From contig NZ_CP064924.1 in assembly GCF_018336915.1 (NCBI RefSeq), positions 240,001 through 272,000 on the forward strand: a stretch of DNA of 32,000 bases. The letters run 5' to 3'. The notes beneath the pieces are model-generated. The model saw only the letters and a list, made by a program, of their open reading frames with translations, was not told the DNA's origin and searched no databases. Numbering within the stretch: the stretch's first letter is position 1; each line of letters opens with the position of its first letter. This stretch comes from Acaryochloris marina S15. Lineage in GTDB: Bacteria; Cyanobacteriota; Cyanobacteriia; Thermosynechococcales; Thermosynechococcaceae. Of the stretch, positions 24,156-32,000 are shown piece by piece. The position numbers were made by a program, and so were the translations under genes.

Positions 24156-26531
24156 TTAAAGCTGGACCAGCACATAATTTGCCCAGTAGTAGGGATGGGC
24201 ATACTCTGATTTTAATAGCTTCAATTGCGCTTGTCTCAGTGCTTCATTCATGGGTTTCTGATTTTTGACAGCTGCATAAAACTCTTGAGACACTAGCACT
24301 GATGCAGCCGCATCTGCAGACCACAAAGAGGCAACGGTATTATTCGCCCCGGATTGTGCAGAAAGGCCCGCTAAACCTAATAACGATCTCGGATCACCTT
24401 GGGCACTGTGACAAGCACTGAGGAAGAGTAGATCTAGTCCTCCACCACTCCCCGCTTCCAATACACCAGAAATATCTTTCACATTCAAAGGTCGGTCCCA
24501 TGCAAGTAGGAACGTTTGAGTAGGGTCAGAGCTAAATTGCCCGTGAGTAGACAGGTGGAGGATTTTTGAAGTGGGCTTTTCTACGTTTTTGAGGATGTTT
24601 TGATAGGTGAAATCTTTGTTTAGAATCAACTTGGCATCAGGGAAAGTTGCTTGAATTACTCCCACTTCTTCAGCGACTTCAGGCAAGGGGGCTAACGCTG
24701 TTTTCTGCAAGCTCGGACTATTTGTAGATACCCCTCCCACCACAGCTCCAGGTTGACGAGAGGGGGGAATAGACTCTCTGACATAGCCATTTGATAGTGC
24801 GACTGGGTTACGCTCAATCAGATAACGCTTGCCATCATGGAGTAACGCCATTGGGATATTTTGCAGAGGACCACTCAGGTGGAACTTAATGGGGGTTTCT
24901 TCTAGGATTAGATTTTTTGCCACTGCAGGCTCAAGGATCTGCTGATACAGCGACTGCAAGAGGGGAAGGTATTGCGACTGACGCATGTCATAGAAATTAT
25001 CCCCTTGCAGAGCAACTGTTAGTTCGTCAATCGTCGTCTTGAGTTGATTAGGGTCTACGGTGTAATGGGTATCGCCAACAATGACGGTGGTTTGGTCCCC
25101 AAGATCTAAGATTTGCACGACAACTTGTTGAGAATCTTGAGCTTGTGCCAGGGGCACTAAGTTAGTTTCCCCGCACTTGAGATAGTTCTCTAATTCAGCG
25201 AGTCGCAGACTTTGATTGACTTGAGACACTTGCGTCAAGTCAGGGTTATCCGTTTCAAGCAACAGTCCCATATATTGCTGGTAAACGGGTTCCACTTGTT
25301 CTTTAAAGGAGAATTGCAGATCGGAGGTGACGGGCAATAGGTTCCAACGCACATGCTCAAGGGCCGAAATCGCGCTTGTGTAGGAGGTGATCGCCTGCTG
25401 GGTTTGCCCCTGATCCTCATACTGCTGGGCTAGGGCACTGCGCCATTGGTAAAGCCCATCCCAGGCTTGAATGGACTGGGCGAACTGGGCGGCCAGCTCA
25501 TAGGAGCGCATGGAGAGATCGCTCTGACCACTCTGCTGATAGAGCCGACCCAGTTGACCATAGACGAAGGACAAGGCTCGATAGTTATCCAGCTCGTTCG
25601 CTAGGTTTTGAGCGGTCTGGGCCTGTTCAAAGGCGAGGACCAGGGGATGTTTCCCTGAGAGTTTCCCCGATTGTTTCGCGACAATTTTGGATATTTTCAG
25701 ATGGGCATACACCCGTGAGATGGGTGAGAGTGCATTGAGGTCAGATTGCAATAAGGTTTGTAGGATTTGCCCCCGTTTGGACTGCAGAGAATCCCGTAAT
25801 TCAACCATCTCAAAGATGCCTGGGCCATCTGAAGCTATCCACTGATCAAGATCATCATAGAGGCTGAGCCATCCGAGTCGGGCTTGGCTGATGTCTAAGG
25901 CTTCATAGTCCGCAAAGGCTTGTTTGGCGGTTTTCTCTGCGGCTTTAACTTGGGTCGCTTGGACCAGGGCCTCTCCCGAGATTTGAAATTTCTGAATTGC
26001 TGACCTTACCTGAATAGTCCGGGTATTGGCGAGGGTCTGTTGACTCGCTAGCTGTTGGGCCTGATTGCCTTGTTGTTTTGCATTTGCGATCGCAAGGGTG
26101 AGAACCGTTTCGGATCGTTCTAGGTATCCTAGTTCCTGAAATATCTTGCCTAAGTTTTGTAGGGCAATCAGATCCGTCGTATCAAAGGTTCGATCCACAA
26201 GAGGAGTGGTAGGAGCGTCTGATTGGCAATACCTCTCAATCGCTAGGGCAAGGCTTACTTCACGACAGGCATTGAGGTATTGCCCGAGCTGCTGATGGGC
26301 TAGGGCTTTGTTGATTCTCGACCCTCTAATGCCTTCCTCGTTGTTAATTTCCTGGTAAAACGATTGGGCTTTTTCAAAGGAGGTAAAGGCACCACTCGGA
26401 TTCCCCTGATCCAACTGTTGATTCCCCTGGACGGTGAGGGCATCGGCTTTGTCTAAGGGGGTGAGATCCGCTGCTTTTGCACTTGGGATGAGCAGCAGGG
26501 ATAGGAGTAGGATTTTGGCAATGTGCTTCAA
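24156..26531 (-). CDS. exported CHAT-domain (caspase-like) protease with N-terminal TPR-like repeats
   Basis: The signal peptide is MKHIAKILLLSLLLIPSAKA/AD. The CHAT His-Cys dyad context is ILHLSTHGQF and LLFLSACHSA. The C-terminal YYWANYVLV is typical of CHAT. The TTG start sits 2 nt after the tpsB stop. Confidence 0.9.
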   Translation of the reverse strand: MKHIAKILLLSLLLIPSAKAADLTPLDKADALTVQGNQQLDQGNPSGAFTSFEKAQSFYQEINNEEGIRGSRINKALAHQQLGQYLNACREVSLALAIERYCQSDAPTTPLVDRTFDTTDLIALQNLGKIFQELGYLERSETVLTLAIANAKQQGNQAQQLASQQTLANTRTIQVRSAIQKFQISGEALVQATQVKAAEKTAKQAFADYEALDISQARLGWLSLYDDLDQWIASDGPGIFEMVELRDSLQSKRGQILQTLLQSDLNALSPISRVYAHLKISKIVAKQSGKLSGKHPLVLAFEQAQTAQNLANELDNYRALSFVYGQLGRLYQQSGQSDLSMRSYELAAQFAQSIQAWDGLYQWRSALAQQYEDQGQTQQAITSYTSAISALEHVRWNLLPVTSDLQFSFKEQVEPVYQQYMGLLLETDNPDLTQVSQVNQSLRLAELENYLKCGETNLVPLAQAQDSQQVVVQILDLGDQTTVIVGDTHYTVDPNQLKTTIDELTVALQGDNFYDMRQSQYLPLLQSLYQQILEPAVAKNLILEETPIKFHLSGPLQNIPMALLHDGKRYLIERNPVALSNGYVRESIPPSRQPGAVVGGVSTNSPSLQKTALAPLPEVAEEVGVIQATFPDAKLILNKDFTYQNILKNVEKPTSKILHLSTHGQFSSDPTQTFLLAWDRPLNVKDISGVLEAGSGGGLDLLFLSACHSAQGDPRSLLGLAGLSAQSGANNTVASLWSADAAASVLVSQEFYAAVKNQKPMNEALRQAQLKLLKSEYAHPYYWANYVLVQL

Positions 26532-26533
26532 CG

Positions 26534-28231
26534 TTAAAGCCTCCCAGTGATGGATAGATATAGCCCCTCTTCTTGGAGAGTAGGCCGTCGATCTGGCTGA
26601 TTGAGTAAGGGGATACCGAAGTCAATACGGGCACTGATTCTTTCTGAGAGGTCATAGCGCAGACCTAATCCCACGGACGCTAAAGTTTGGCTGGGGTTCG
26701 GTAAGAAACGCTGTCCCTGATTAAAGCCATGCCCCACATCGATGAAAGGGACGAGTTGGAGGGTGCCTGCGGAGCCTGAGAATAGGGGAACTCGCAGCTC
26801 TGAGGAGAAGAACAAACCACTATCACGGGTGAGGCCATCCTGTCGATAGCCGCGCACGGTGGAGACTCCCCCCAGGCTGAATTGCTCAGAAGGAATCACG
26901 GGTCCATCTGCGAACTGCACTCCACCGCGATTGACCCAGGTGAATTTAGAAAACTGATGTGCCCAGAGTGCTTGCCCCCTCCAGGCAAAGAAGGTGCCAT
27001 CACCAAATAAATCGGCGTTGCGGGTGCTGATGGGCAGGCCAATATTGAATTGAGATCTGAGAATGATGGAGTCGTTGCGGTCTCGATTGTTCCAATCTTG
27101 GGTGAGGCGTAGCACGGTGGAGTTCGTTTGGCCCGTTCCATCTGCGCCTTCTGTAAGGGGGAAGGGAATTCCCAATAGACTTTCATTGCTCTCCAGGCGG
27201 GAGAGGGAAACACCAAGGGCAAATTCTTGGATCTGATTGCCACTGATTTTTCTCAGGATGGGTTGGCGATAGGAGGCTTCTAACTGGAAGGCGCTGGTGT
27301 TGAGGTCAATGAGATCAAAGGGTTCTTCGACAATATCGTTATCGCCATAGGTGAAACTGAGGCCCACGGTGCCGTTTTGGATGTTGACTGGGGTGGCATA
27401 GTTGACACTCACCAAGTTGCTGCCGTCTGTGTTGCGAAAGGTGAGATCAACACTATCGCCCAGGCCCGTGACGTTGCGGTAGGTGGCCGTGGCTCCTCTT
27501 TCAAAGGTGCCGACAGAGGGGGCACGATTGTTATTGGCAAAAACGTCTAAGCTAAAGGGTTTATGGGGGTTAACATCCAAGGTGAGGGTGGCTTGGCCGA
27601 CCACTGCACTGGGCGTAAGCTGAGCATTGATGCCCCGTATCAGCGGATCAACCTGCAGCCATCTCAGGGCATCTTGAAGGTCTTGCTCCCGGAGTACACC
27701 CTCCGTCGCGGGTTCAATCCTGTCTCGAATATAAGATTCAAGACGATCTGCTCCCTGAATGACGATATCGGTTACTTGCCCCTCTATGATTTCAATGGTG
27801 ATTACTGCATTAGAGGGGTCGATCTCTTGGCCGAGGGTAATATTAGCCCCGGAGTTGATGTACCCCTCTTTGGCATAGCGTTGGGTAATTTTTTCTTCTA
27901 CGGTCAGTAGGTCTGTGATCGTCTGGGGTTGGCCGATAAATTCTGCGACTTCAGCCTGCAATTGCTCATTCGAGAAAACGGTATTCCCTTCAAAGACGAA
28001 CTGCTCGGGGGTAACGACTAAGTTGCGATCTAGTCGTGGATCAATCCCAGAGGGTAACTGAAAGGGATTGATTTCAAGGGTCGGTGGAAGTGGAGTGGTT
28101 GGAGCATCTGGGGGGGACTCCTCGGGGAGGGGGAGGGTGTCTGGGAGGATCGGAGCCTCTTGTGCCACGAGCGGTTTAAGGCTGCAGCAACTGATACCCA
28201 ATCCGAGCAGGATGGATAATGGTTTATTCAT
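26534..28231 (-). CDS. ShlB/FhaC/HecB-family two-partner-secretion outer-membrane transporter (TpsB)
   Basis: POTRA-type sequence reads FVFEGNTVFSNEQLQAEVAEFIGQPQTITDLLTVEEKITQRYAKEGYINS, followed by a long beta-barrel with alternating pattern and a terminal aromatic-rich strand. I prefer the ATG at 28231 (MNKPLSILLGLGISCCSLKPLVAQ signal peptide, no overlap with tpsA) to the track's TTG at 28276. Confidence 0.9.
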   Translation of the reverse strand: MNKPLSILLGLGISCCSLKPLVAQEAPILPDTLPLPEESPPDAPTTPLPPTLEINPFQLPSGIDPRLDRNLVVTPEQFVFEGNTVFSNEQLQAEVAEFIGQPQTITDLLTVEEKITQRYAKEGYINSGANITLGQEIDPSNAVITIEIIEGQVTDIVIQGADRLESYIRDRIEPATEGVLREQDLQDALRWLQVDPLIRGINAQLTPSAVVGQATLTLDVNPHKPFSLDVFANNNRAPSVGTFERGATATYRNVTGLGDSVDLTFRNTDGSNLVSVNYATPVNIQNGTVGLSFTYGDNDIVEEPFDLIDLNTSAFQLEASYRQPILRKISGNQIQEFALGVSLSRLESNESLLGIPFPLTEGADGTGQTNSTVLRLTQDWNNRDRNDSIILRSQFNIGLPISTRNADLFGDGTFFAWRGQALWAHQFSKFTWVNRGGVQFADGPVIPSEQFSLGGVSTVRGYRQDGLTRDSGLFFSSELRVPLFSGSAGTLQLVPFIDVGHGFNQGQRFLPNPSQTLASVGLGLRYDLSERISARIDFGIPLLNQPDRRPTLQEEGLYLSITGRL

Positions 28232-28242
28232 TATTGGTGGTG

Positions 28243-30762
28243 TTAACCAGCTTTTGCGGTTGGATCCGGTTGGCAAGCCTGGAGTGTGGATGCGATCTCG
28301 GAAGCGTACTGATCTGCTTCTCGTGGATCGTTTACGAATGTCACGGTGCCGTTATCATTCGCCTTCCATCCAACCACTCGTTTAAGTGGCTTGTGTTCCC
28401 CCGTTTCCGGATCAGCATATGTCAATCGCCGTTGATCATACCTCGCTTTGGCGACTTGCATCCAGCGGCTTTCCGAACTTGGAAGAGTTTCAGGGTTGAT
28501 GGGTTGTCCCGCCGAGCCAACCCGATAGTAGGCTAGAGTATCGCGGTAAGTGGGGCCACAGGAAGCGTATAGCTCAGGGGGTTCAGATTGAATATTCAGG
28601 TTAGGATCACGGTTAAAGTCAGTAATTTCAGCTTCCACATCGACACTGCCATCAAACTGAGTACCAAGTTGGGAAGTAGCTGTGATGGTACTGTCTGGGG
28701 ATAGGAAGAGGCCAAGGGTGTCAATAGAAATATTACCTCCCGTTGATTGTGCTGAATTTGCTGCAATTACAGATTCTTTTAGAATTATCAGATCAGAAGT
28801 AACATTAATATTCCCACCAGTACCAGTCCCAAAAGAGTTAGCTGCGACTCTACTCAAATCATCCAAAAGCAGCACTTTTGTATTGAGATTTATATTGCCC
28901 CCATCATCATCAATTGCAAATGACTCAATAGCCCCTCTGCTGAGCTGGACATTATTTGCATTAATAAATAAATCCCCTGTTCTTCCAAAACCCTCATTAC
29001 TCGTTGATATAACCGCTCCTTCCTGAATCTTTAGGCTGTTTGTTGTTATCTGGGTAACTCCCAAATTACCCGAAGGGAATGGTGGAAGACCAAACCTAAT
29101 CAGTTCATTAGTAGGTGACACATTAGCGAAAGTTCCAATTCCAGATGGATCTACACCGCCATCACTATTGGTTCTAATCCCAGACAGTAAAATGGAATCA
29201 TTGGCGTTGACAATAAGGTTTCCACTATCACCTGATGCAAGGGCAGTTGAAATTAAAAATCCTCCATCAAAAATCGAAAGTTTTGAAGTTTTTATATTGA
29301 CATCAGCAGCTCGACCGCTTCTAAATGAAGATGAAAATATAGAGCTTGGAAGTCCTGAAAACTCAGAATTACCATTAAGTATAATTTTTTTACTAACGAG
29401 TATATTTACGGACTCACTTGGGGATGAAGAGAACGAAATAGATTGGATTGTACCATGCCTATTTAAAGATAATTGAGCTGCCTTAATATTAACTTTCCCA
29501 GCAGTCGCAGTTCCATTACTACTAGTCAAAATTGTAGAGAAAGATGCTATCGGATCTGGTAGAACGTCTCCTTCAATACGTATTGAATCAGAAATATCTA
29601 CATCAATATTTCCACCTTTTCCAGCAAACGCTGCATTGTTCAAAATAACACCTGCATTCAGAAGCGTTAAATTTTTAGCCTTGATGGATATATCTGGACC
29701 TTGACTAAAAACGCTAGAGCCAATAATACCTGATGTATTTCTCAGAGATGTAAGTCCGGGGGGTAAACTAGGTCTATTCTTGATTCCTATATGCTGAATA
29801 GCTTCCTTAAAGTTAAACTGTATTTTTCCACCACCAATACTTCCTTCGTTTTGAATTACTACAAAAGATCCACTTTCTAACGTTAGGTTCTTGCCCTCAA
29901 AACTAATAAAGCTACGAGATAAGTTATTTGGAAAACTACTAGCATCAACTAATGAAGAATTGCTAAGCCTGATGTCATTGAATTCTTTGACTAATGCATA
30001 GTCAACAGTATTTCCAGACTTAGATTGTTGAAACCCTTGAAATCCTACAACCCCTTCCTTGACACTTCCAACATTGATATTTCCTGATGGAGCTGTTATT
30101 ATTCCGCCGTCAAAAGAAACGCCATTACCCAAAACAACCACTTGCTGACCAGGATTTACCCTAATTCCAGAAGTACTTCTACCAGCTCCAATTCCAATAC
30201 TCGTAACGGGATCCACATTAAGTTGGTTACCATTACCTGTTAAAGCGATTTCACCAGACATACCATTGAACTTAACGAATTCTGGTTGCGTAGGTGATAA
30301 AAATGAGTTATTACCATTCTCACTATAAAACTCAAGCCCATCATCAAACTGGATACTTGTAGCTGTAGAAGAGAAAAATGATCCACCAATATTGAGTTGG
30401 ATTGAATTTCCAAAGAAGATGCCATTTGAATTGAGTATATAAAGATTAGCTGGATTTTGAGTCGCAATTAAGCCATCTAATACTGATACCCTGCCTCCAG
30501 TCACCCTTGCAAAAATATTTACAATAGACCTACCATTTTCAAACAAAACTTGTTGATTACTATTTATATTTAATTCTTTAAAACTATGAAACAAGTTATT
30601 ACTTGATTGTCTGCCACCATTAACTCGAATCAAGCTATTACTTTTCAATACTTGAGTATTTAATGATTGGTCAGGAGATACTTGAGCCAATACAAATGGC
30701 TCAAGTATCAAGCTATCAAGACTTGCAATACTAAGTAGGATTAGGAATGACAGATTTTTCAT
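28243..30762 (-). CDS. TpsA exoprotein with filamentous-hemagglutinin N-terminal (TPS) domain, beta-helix body and a distinct conserved C-terminal module
   Basis: TPS domain motifs are NNLFHSFKELNI, VNIFARVTGGRVSVLDG, ANLYILNSNGIFFG and GGSFFSST. Repeated GGNI/GNL beta-helix rungs follow. The last ~120 aa are encoded by GC-richer DNA that is duplicated at the right window edge. Confidence 0.9.
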   Translation of the reverse strand: MKNLSFLILLSIASLDSLILEPFVLAQVSPDQSLNTQVLKSNSLIRVNGGRQSSNNLFHSFKELNINSNQQVLFENGRSIVNIFARVTGGRVSVLDGLIATQNPANLYILNSNGIFFGNSIQLNIGGSFFSSTATSIQFDDGLEFYSENGNNSFLSPTQPEFVKFNGMSGEIALTGNGNQLNVDPVTSIGIGAGRSTSGIRVNPGQQVVVLGNGVSFDGGIITAPSGNINVGSVKEGVVGFQGFQQSKSGNTVDYALVKEFNDIRLSNSSLVDASSFPNNLSRSFISFEGKNLTLESGSFVVIQNEGSIGGGKIQFNFKEAIQHIGIKNRPSLPPGLTSLRNTSGIIGSSVFSQGPDISIKAKNLTLLNAGVILNNAAFAGKGGNIDVDISDSIRIEGDVLPDPIASFSTILTSSNGTATAGKVNIKAAQLSLNRHGTIQSISFSSSPSESVNILVSKKIILNGNSEFSGLPSSIFSSSFRSGRAADVNIKTSKLSIFDGGFLISTALASGDSGNLIVNANDSILLSGIRTNSDGGVDPSGIGTFANVSPTNELIRFGLPPFPSGNLGVTQITTNSLKIQEGAVISTSNEGFGRTGDLFINANNVQLSRGAIESFAIDDDGGNINLNTKVLLLDDLSRVAANSFGTGTGGNINVTSDLIILKESVIAANSAQSTGGNISIDTLGLFLSPDSTITATSQLGTQFDGSVDVEAEITDFNRDPNLNIQSEPPELYASCGPTYRDTLAYYRVGSAGQPINPETLPSSESRWMQVAKARYDQRRLTYADPETGEHKPLKRVVGWKANDNGTVTFVNDPREADQYASEIASTLQACQPDPTAKAG
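28244..28459. repeat. direct repeat copy A (C-terminal module coding sequence)
   Basis: It aligns base-for-base with 31785-32000 at an offset of 3541 bp. I count 6 mismatches over the ~215 aligned bases. The alignment is cut by the window edge, so the true length is unknown. Confidence 0.9.
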
Positions 30763-31594
30763 TTATTAAGTTATTCACAAAATCATCAAATAATTCAGCA
30801 ACTAAAGTTCCATTATCTGTAGGCAATTGGTGATTTGCCTCTGCAATAACTTTTAATTGAGCGTTCGGGATTTTATCCTCATATGCTTGGCAATACCAAA
30901 AAGGAATAGTGAGATCCTTCTCAGCTGCAATAATCAATGTTGCTGATGAAATATCTTGTATACTTCTATCAATTAGCTCAGTGCTCATTTCCCCTTTAAA
31001 TATACGACGAAACCAAGCCTTCATAATAGGTTCATAAAGCAACTGATATCGATAATGTTTAATAGTATTTACAGTCTCTTTCTTCTTGAAAATAGAAGAA
31101 AAGACAGAGACTAAGTTAAGAACCCAATCAATTATAGGAGTTTCCCATGACAAGGGTTTGAGTATTTGGTACTTGTCTAATTCTTCTGAGATTCCAGCAG
31201 GGGCAGCCAAGACAAGTCCTAATACTGATTCTTTATATTTTAAAGCATAGCTAGCAGCAATCCAGCCTCCAAGAGAATGACCAATAATATAGAAAGAGTC
31301 AATACATAAAGCCTTCATGAAGTGATGTATATATGAGACTTGTGACTCAATCTTGTAATCAATCTCTGGCTTAGATGATTCACCAAACCCTAGAAGATCT
31401 AAACTAATACATCGATACTTATTCTTTAATATCTGAGTTACAGCTCTCCAACAGCTTGATTCAGATAAGAAACCATGTAGAAGCAAAACAACAGGCCCTC
31501 TTCCTTCATCCTGGTATGCAGCTTTCACTATTTGTTTCTTATTCGATTCTAAGCATAATTCAAATGACTTTTGATTTTTAGTGAATAGGGCCAT
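30731..31594 (-). CDS. alpha/beta-fold hydrolase (cytoplasmic, Ser-Asp-His triad)
   Basis: The oxyanion region is VVLLLHGF and the nucleophile elbow is IIGHSLGGW. The candidate Asp is in AAEKDLTIP and the candidate His is in EANHQLP. There is no signal peptide. Its 3' end overlaps the tpsA start by 32 nt. Confidence 0.85.
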   Translation of the reverse strand: MALFTKNQKSFELCLESNKKQIVKAAYQDEGRGPVVLLLHGFLSESSCWRAVTQILKNKYRCISLDLLGFGESSKPEIDYKIESQVSYIHHFMKALCIDSFYIIGHSLGGWIAASYALKYKESVLGLVLAAPAGISEELDKYQILKPLSWETPIIDWVLNLVSVFSSIFKKKETVNTIKHYRYQLLYEPIMKAWFRRIFKGEMSTELIDRSIQDISSATLIIAAEKDLTIPFWYCQAYEDKIPNAQLKVIAEANHQLPTDNGTLVAELFDDFVNNLINEKSVIPNPT

Positions 31595-31783
31595 TCCGTT
31601 TCATGCCTTACGTCTTGCAAATCATTTAAAGAGTGGGTTCTTCAGCTCTCACATGTGAATATTTGAATCAACTCATGTATGAATGCCGTAGCCTCAAAAT
31701 CAAACTCACTTCGGATAAAGTAGCTTTCACACCTCTTTTAACCCAAATGCAGCATGATTCAATATTATTCATACGGATGAGAG

Positions 31784-32000
31784 TCAACCAGCTTTTGCGG
31801 TTGGATCCGGTTGGCAAGCCTGAAGTGTGGATGCGATTTCGGAAGCGTATTGATCTGCTTCTCGTGGATCGTTTACGAATGTCACGGTGCCGTTATCATT
31901 CGTCTTCCATCCCACCACTCGTTTAAGTGGCTTGTGTTCCCCCGTTTTCGGATCAGCATATGTCAATCGCCGTTGATCATACCTCGCTTTGGCGACTTGC
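31784..32000 (-). CDS. 3' end of a gene whose product carries the same C-terminal module as the TpsA at 28243..30762 (5' part lies outside the window)
   Basis: The frame is open to the window edge: ...QVAKARYDQRRLTYADPKTGEHKPLKRVVGWKTNDNGTVTFVNDPREADQYASEIASTLQACQPDPTAKAG*. This differs at only two residues from the TpsA tail. The track's start at 31966 is a TTG inside the frame. Confidence 0.75.
   Translation of the reverse strand, partial: QVAKARYDQRRLTYADPKTGEHKPLKRVVGWKTNDNGTVTFVNDPREADQYASEIASTLQACQPDPTAKAG
31785..32000. repeat. direct repeat copy B (C-terminal module coding sequence)
   Basis: See copy A. The orientation is the same, and similarity begins right at the stop codon (TAA versus TGA). 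Confidence 0.9.

Noticed and set aside
28232-28276. TTG at 28276 as the TpsB start
   Set aside because: It would overlap tpsA by 34 nt and add 15 non-signal residues. The ATG at 28231 is directly followed by a lipobox-free Sec-type signal peptide. The stop coordinate is unaffected.
28068-28536. Plus-strand ORFs 28068..28385 and 28219..28536, and the similar 31633..31926
   Set aside because: They are antisense to the tpsB start and the conserved TpsA tail. They recur only because the underlying DNA is duplicated, and they have no start context or motifs.
24156-30762. Classical contact-dependent inhibition (CdiBAI) locus
   Set aside because: The gene order is tpsA then tpsB. TpsA is short (839 aa) and has no VENN-type demarcation. 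The tail is conserved rather than polymorphic, and no small immunity ORF follows it.

Overview
This window looks like part of a cyanobacterial plasmid or plasmid-derived island. It has three HIP1 GCGATCGC octamers, an iteron origin, ParB-like genes and a conjugation-type ATPase. All family calls rest on motifs read by eye, because no searches were possible. By eye the composition is mosaic, with four blocks.
(1) 1-9.7 kb, GC-richer. A single minus-strand operon encodes two hypothetical proteins, a sigma-70-like ORF, a pilin-like membrane protein, a VirB4/TrbE-like ATPase split by a frameshift, and an exported protein that runs off the left edge. An antisense tnpB-only IS200/IS605 element is inserted inside this operon.
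(2) 10.2-16.7 kb, a replication and maintenance block. A primase-polymerase-like Rep gene and a second, AT-rich Rep-like gene diverge from ten 20-bp iterons. Next come two tandem ParB/Srx-domain paralogs bracketed by arrays of an ATGCTAGGT motif.
(3) 16.7-24.1 kb, plus strand. This holds a short STAND NTPase, a zinc-ribbon Ser/Thr kinase with a TM helix and TPRs, a DUF928-like exported TPR protein, and a 1095-aa NLR-like NACHT protein. The NACHT protein's sensor is 37 DNA-identical-scaffold pentapeptide units.
(4) 24.2-32 kb, minus strand. A tightly coupled operon runs alpha/beta hydrolase, TpsA (filamentous-hemagglutinin-type exoprotein), TpsB (ShlB/FhaC) and an exported CHAT caspase-like protease. 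It is flanked by a roughly 97 percent identical direct repeat that encodes a shared C-terminal module.
The best candidate for an undescribed system is the plasmid-borne STAND/kinase/DUF928/NLR/CHAT/two-partner-secretion island at 16.7-31.6 kb.
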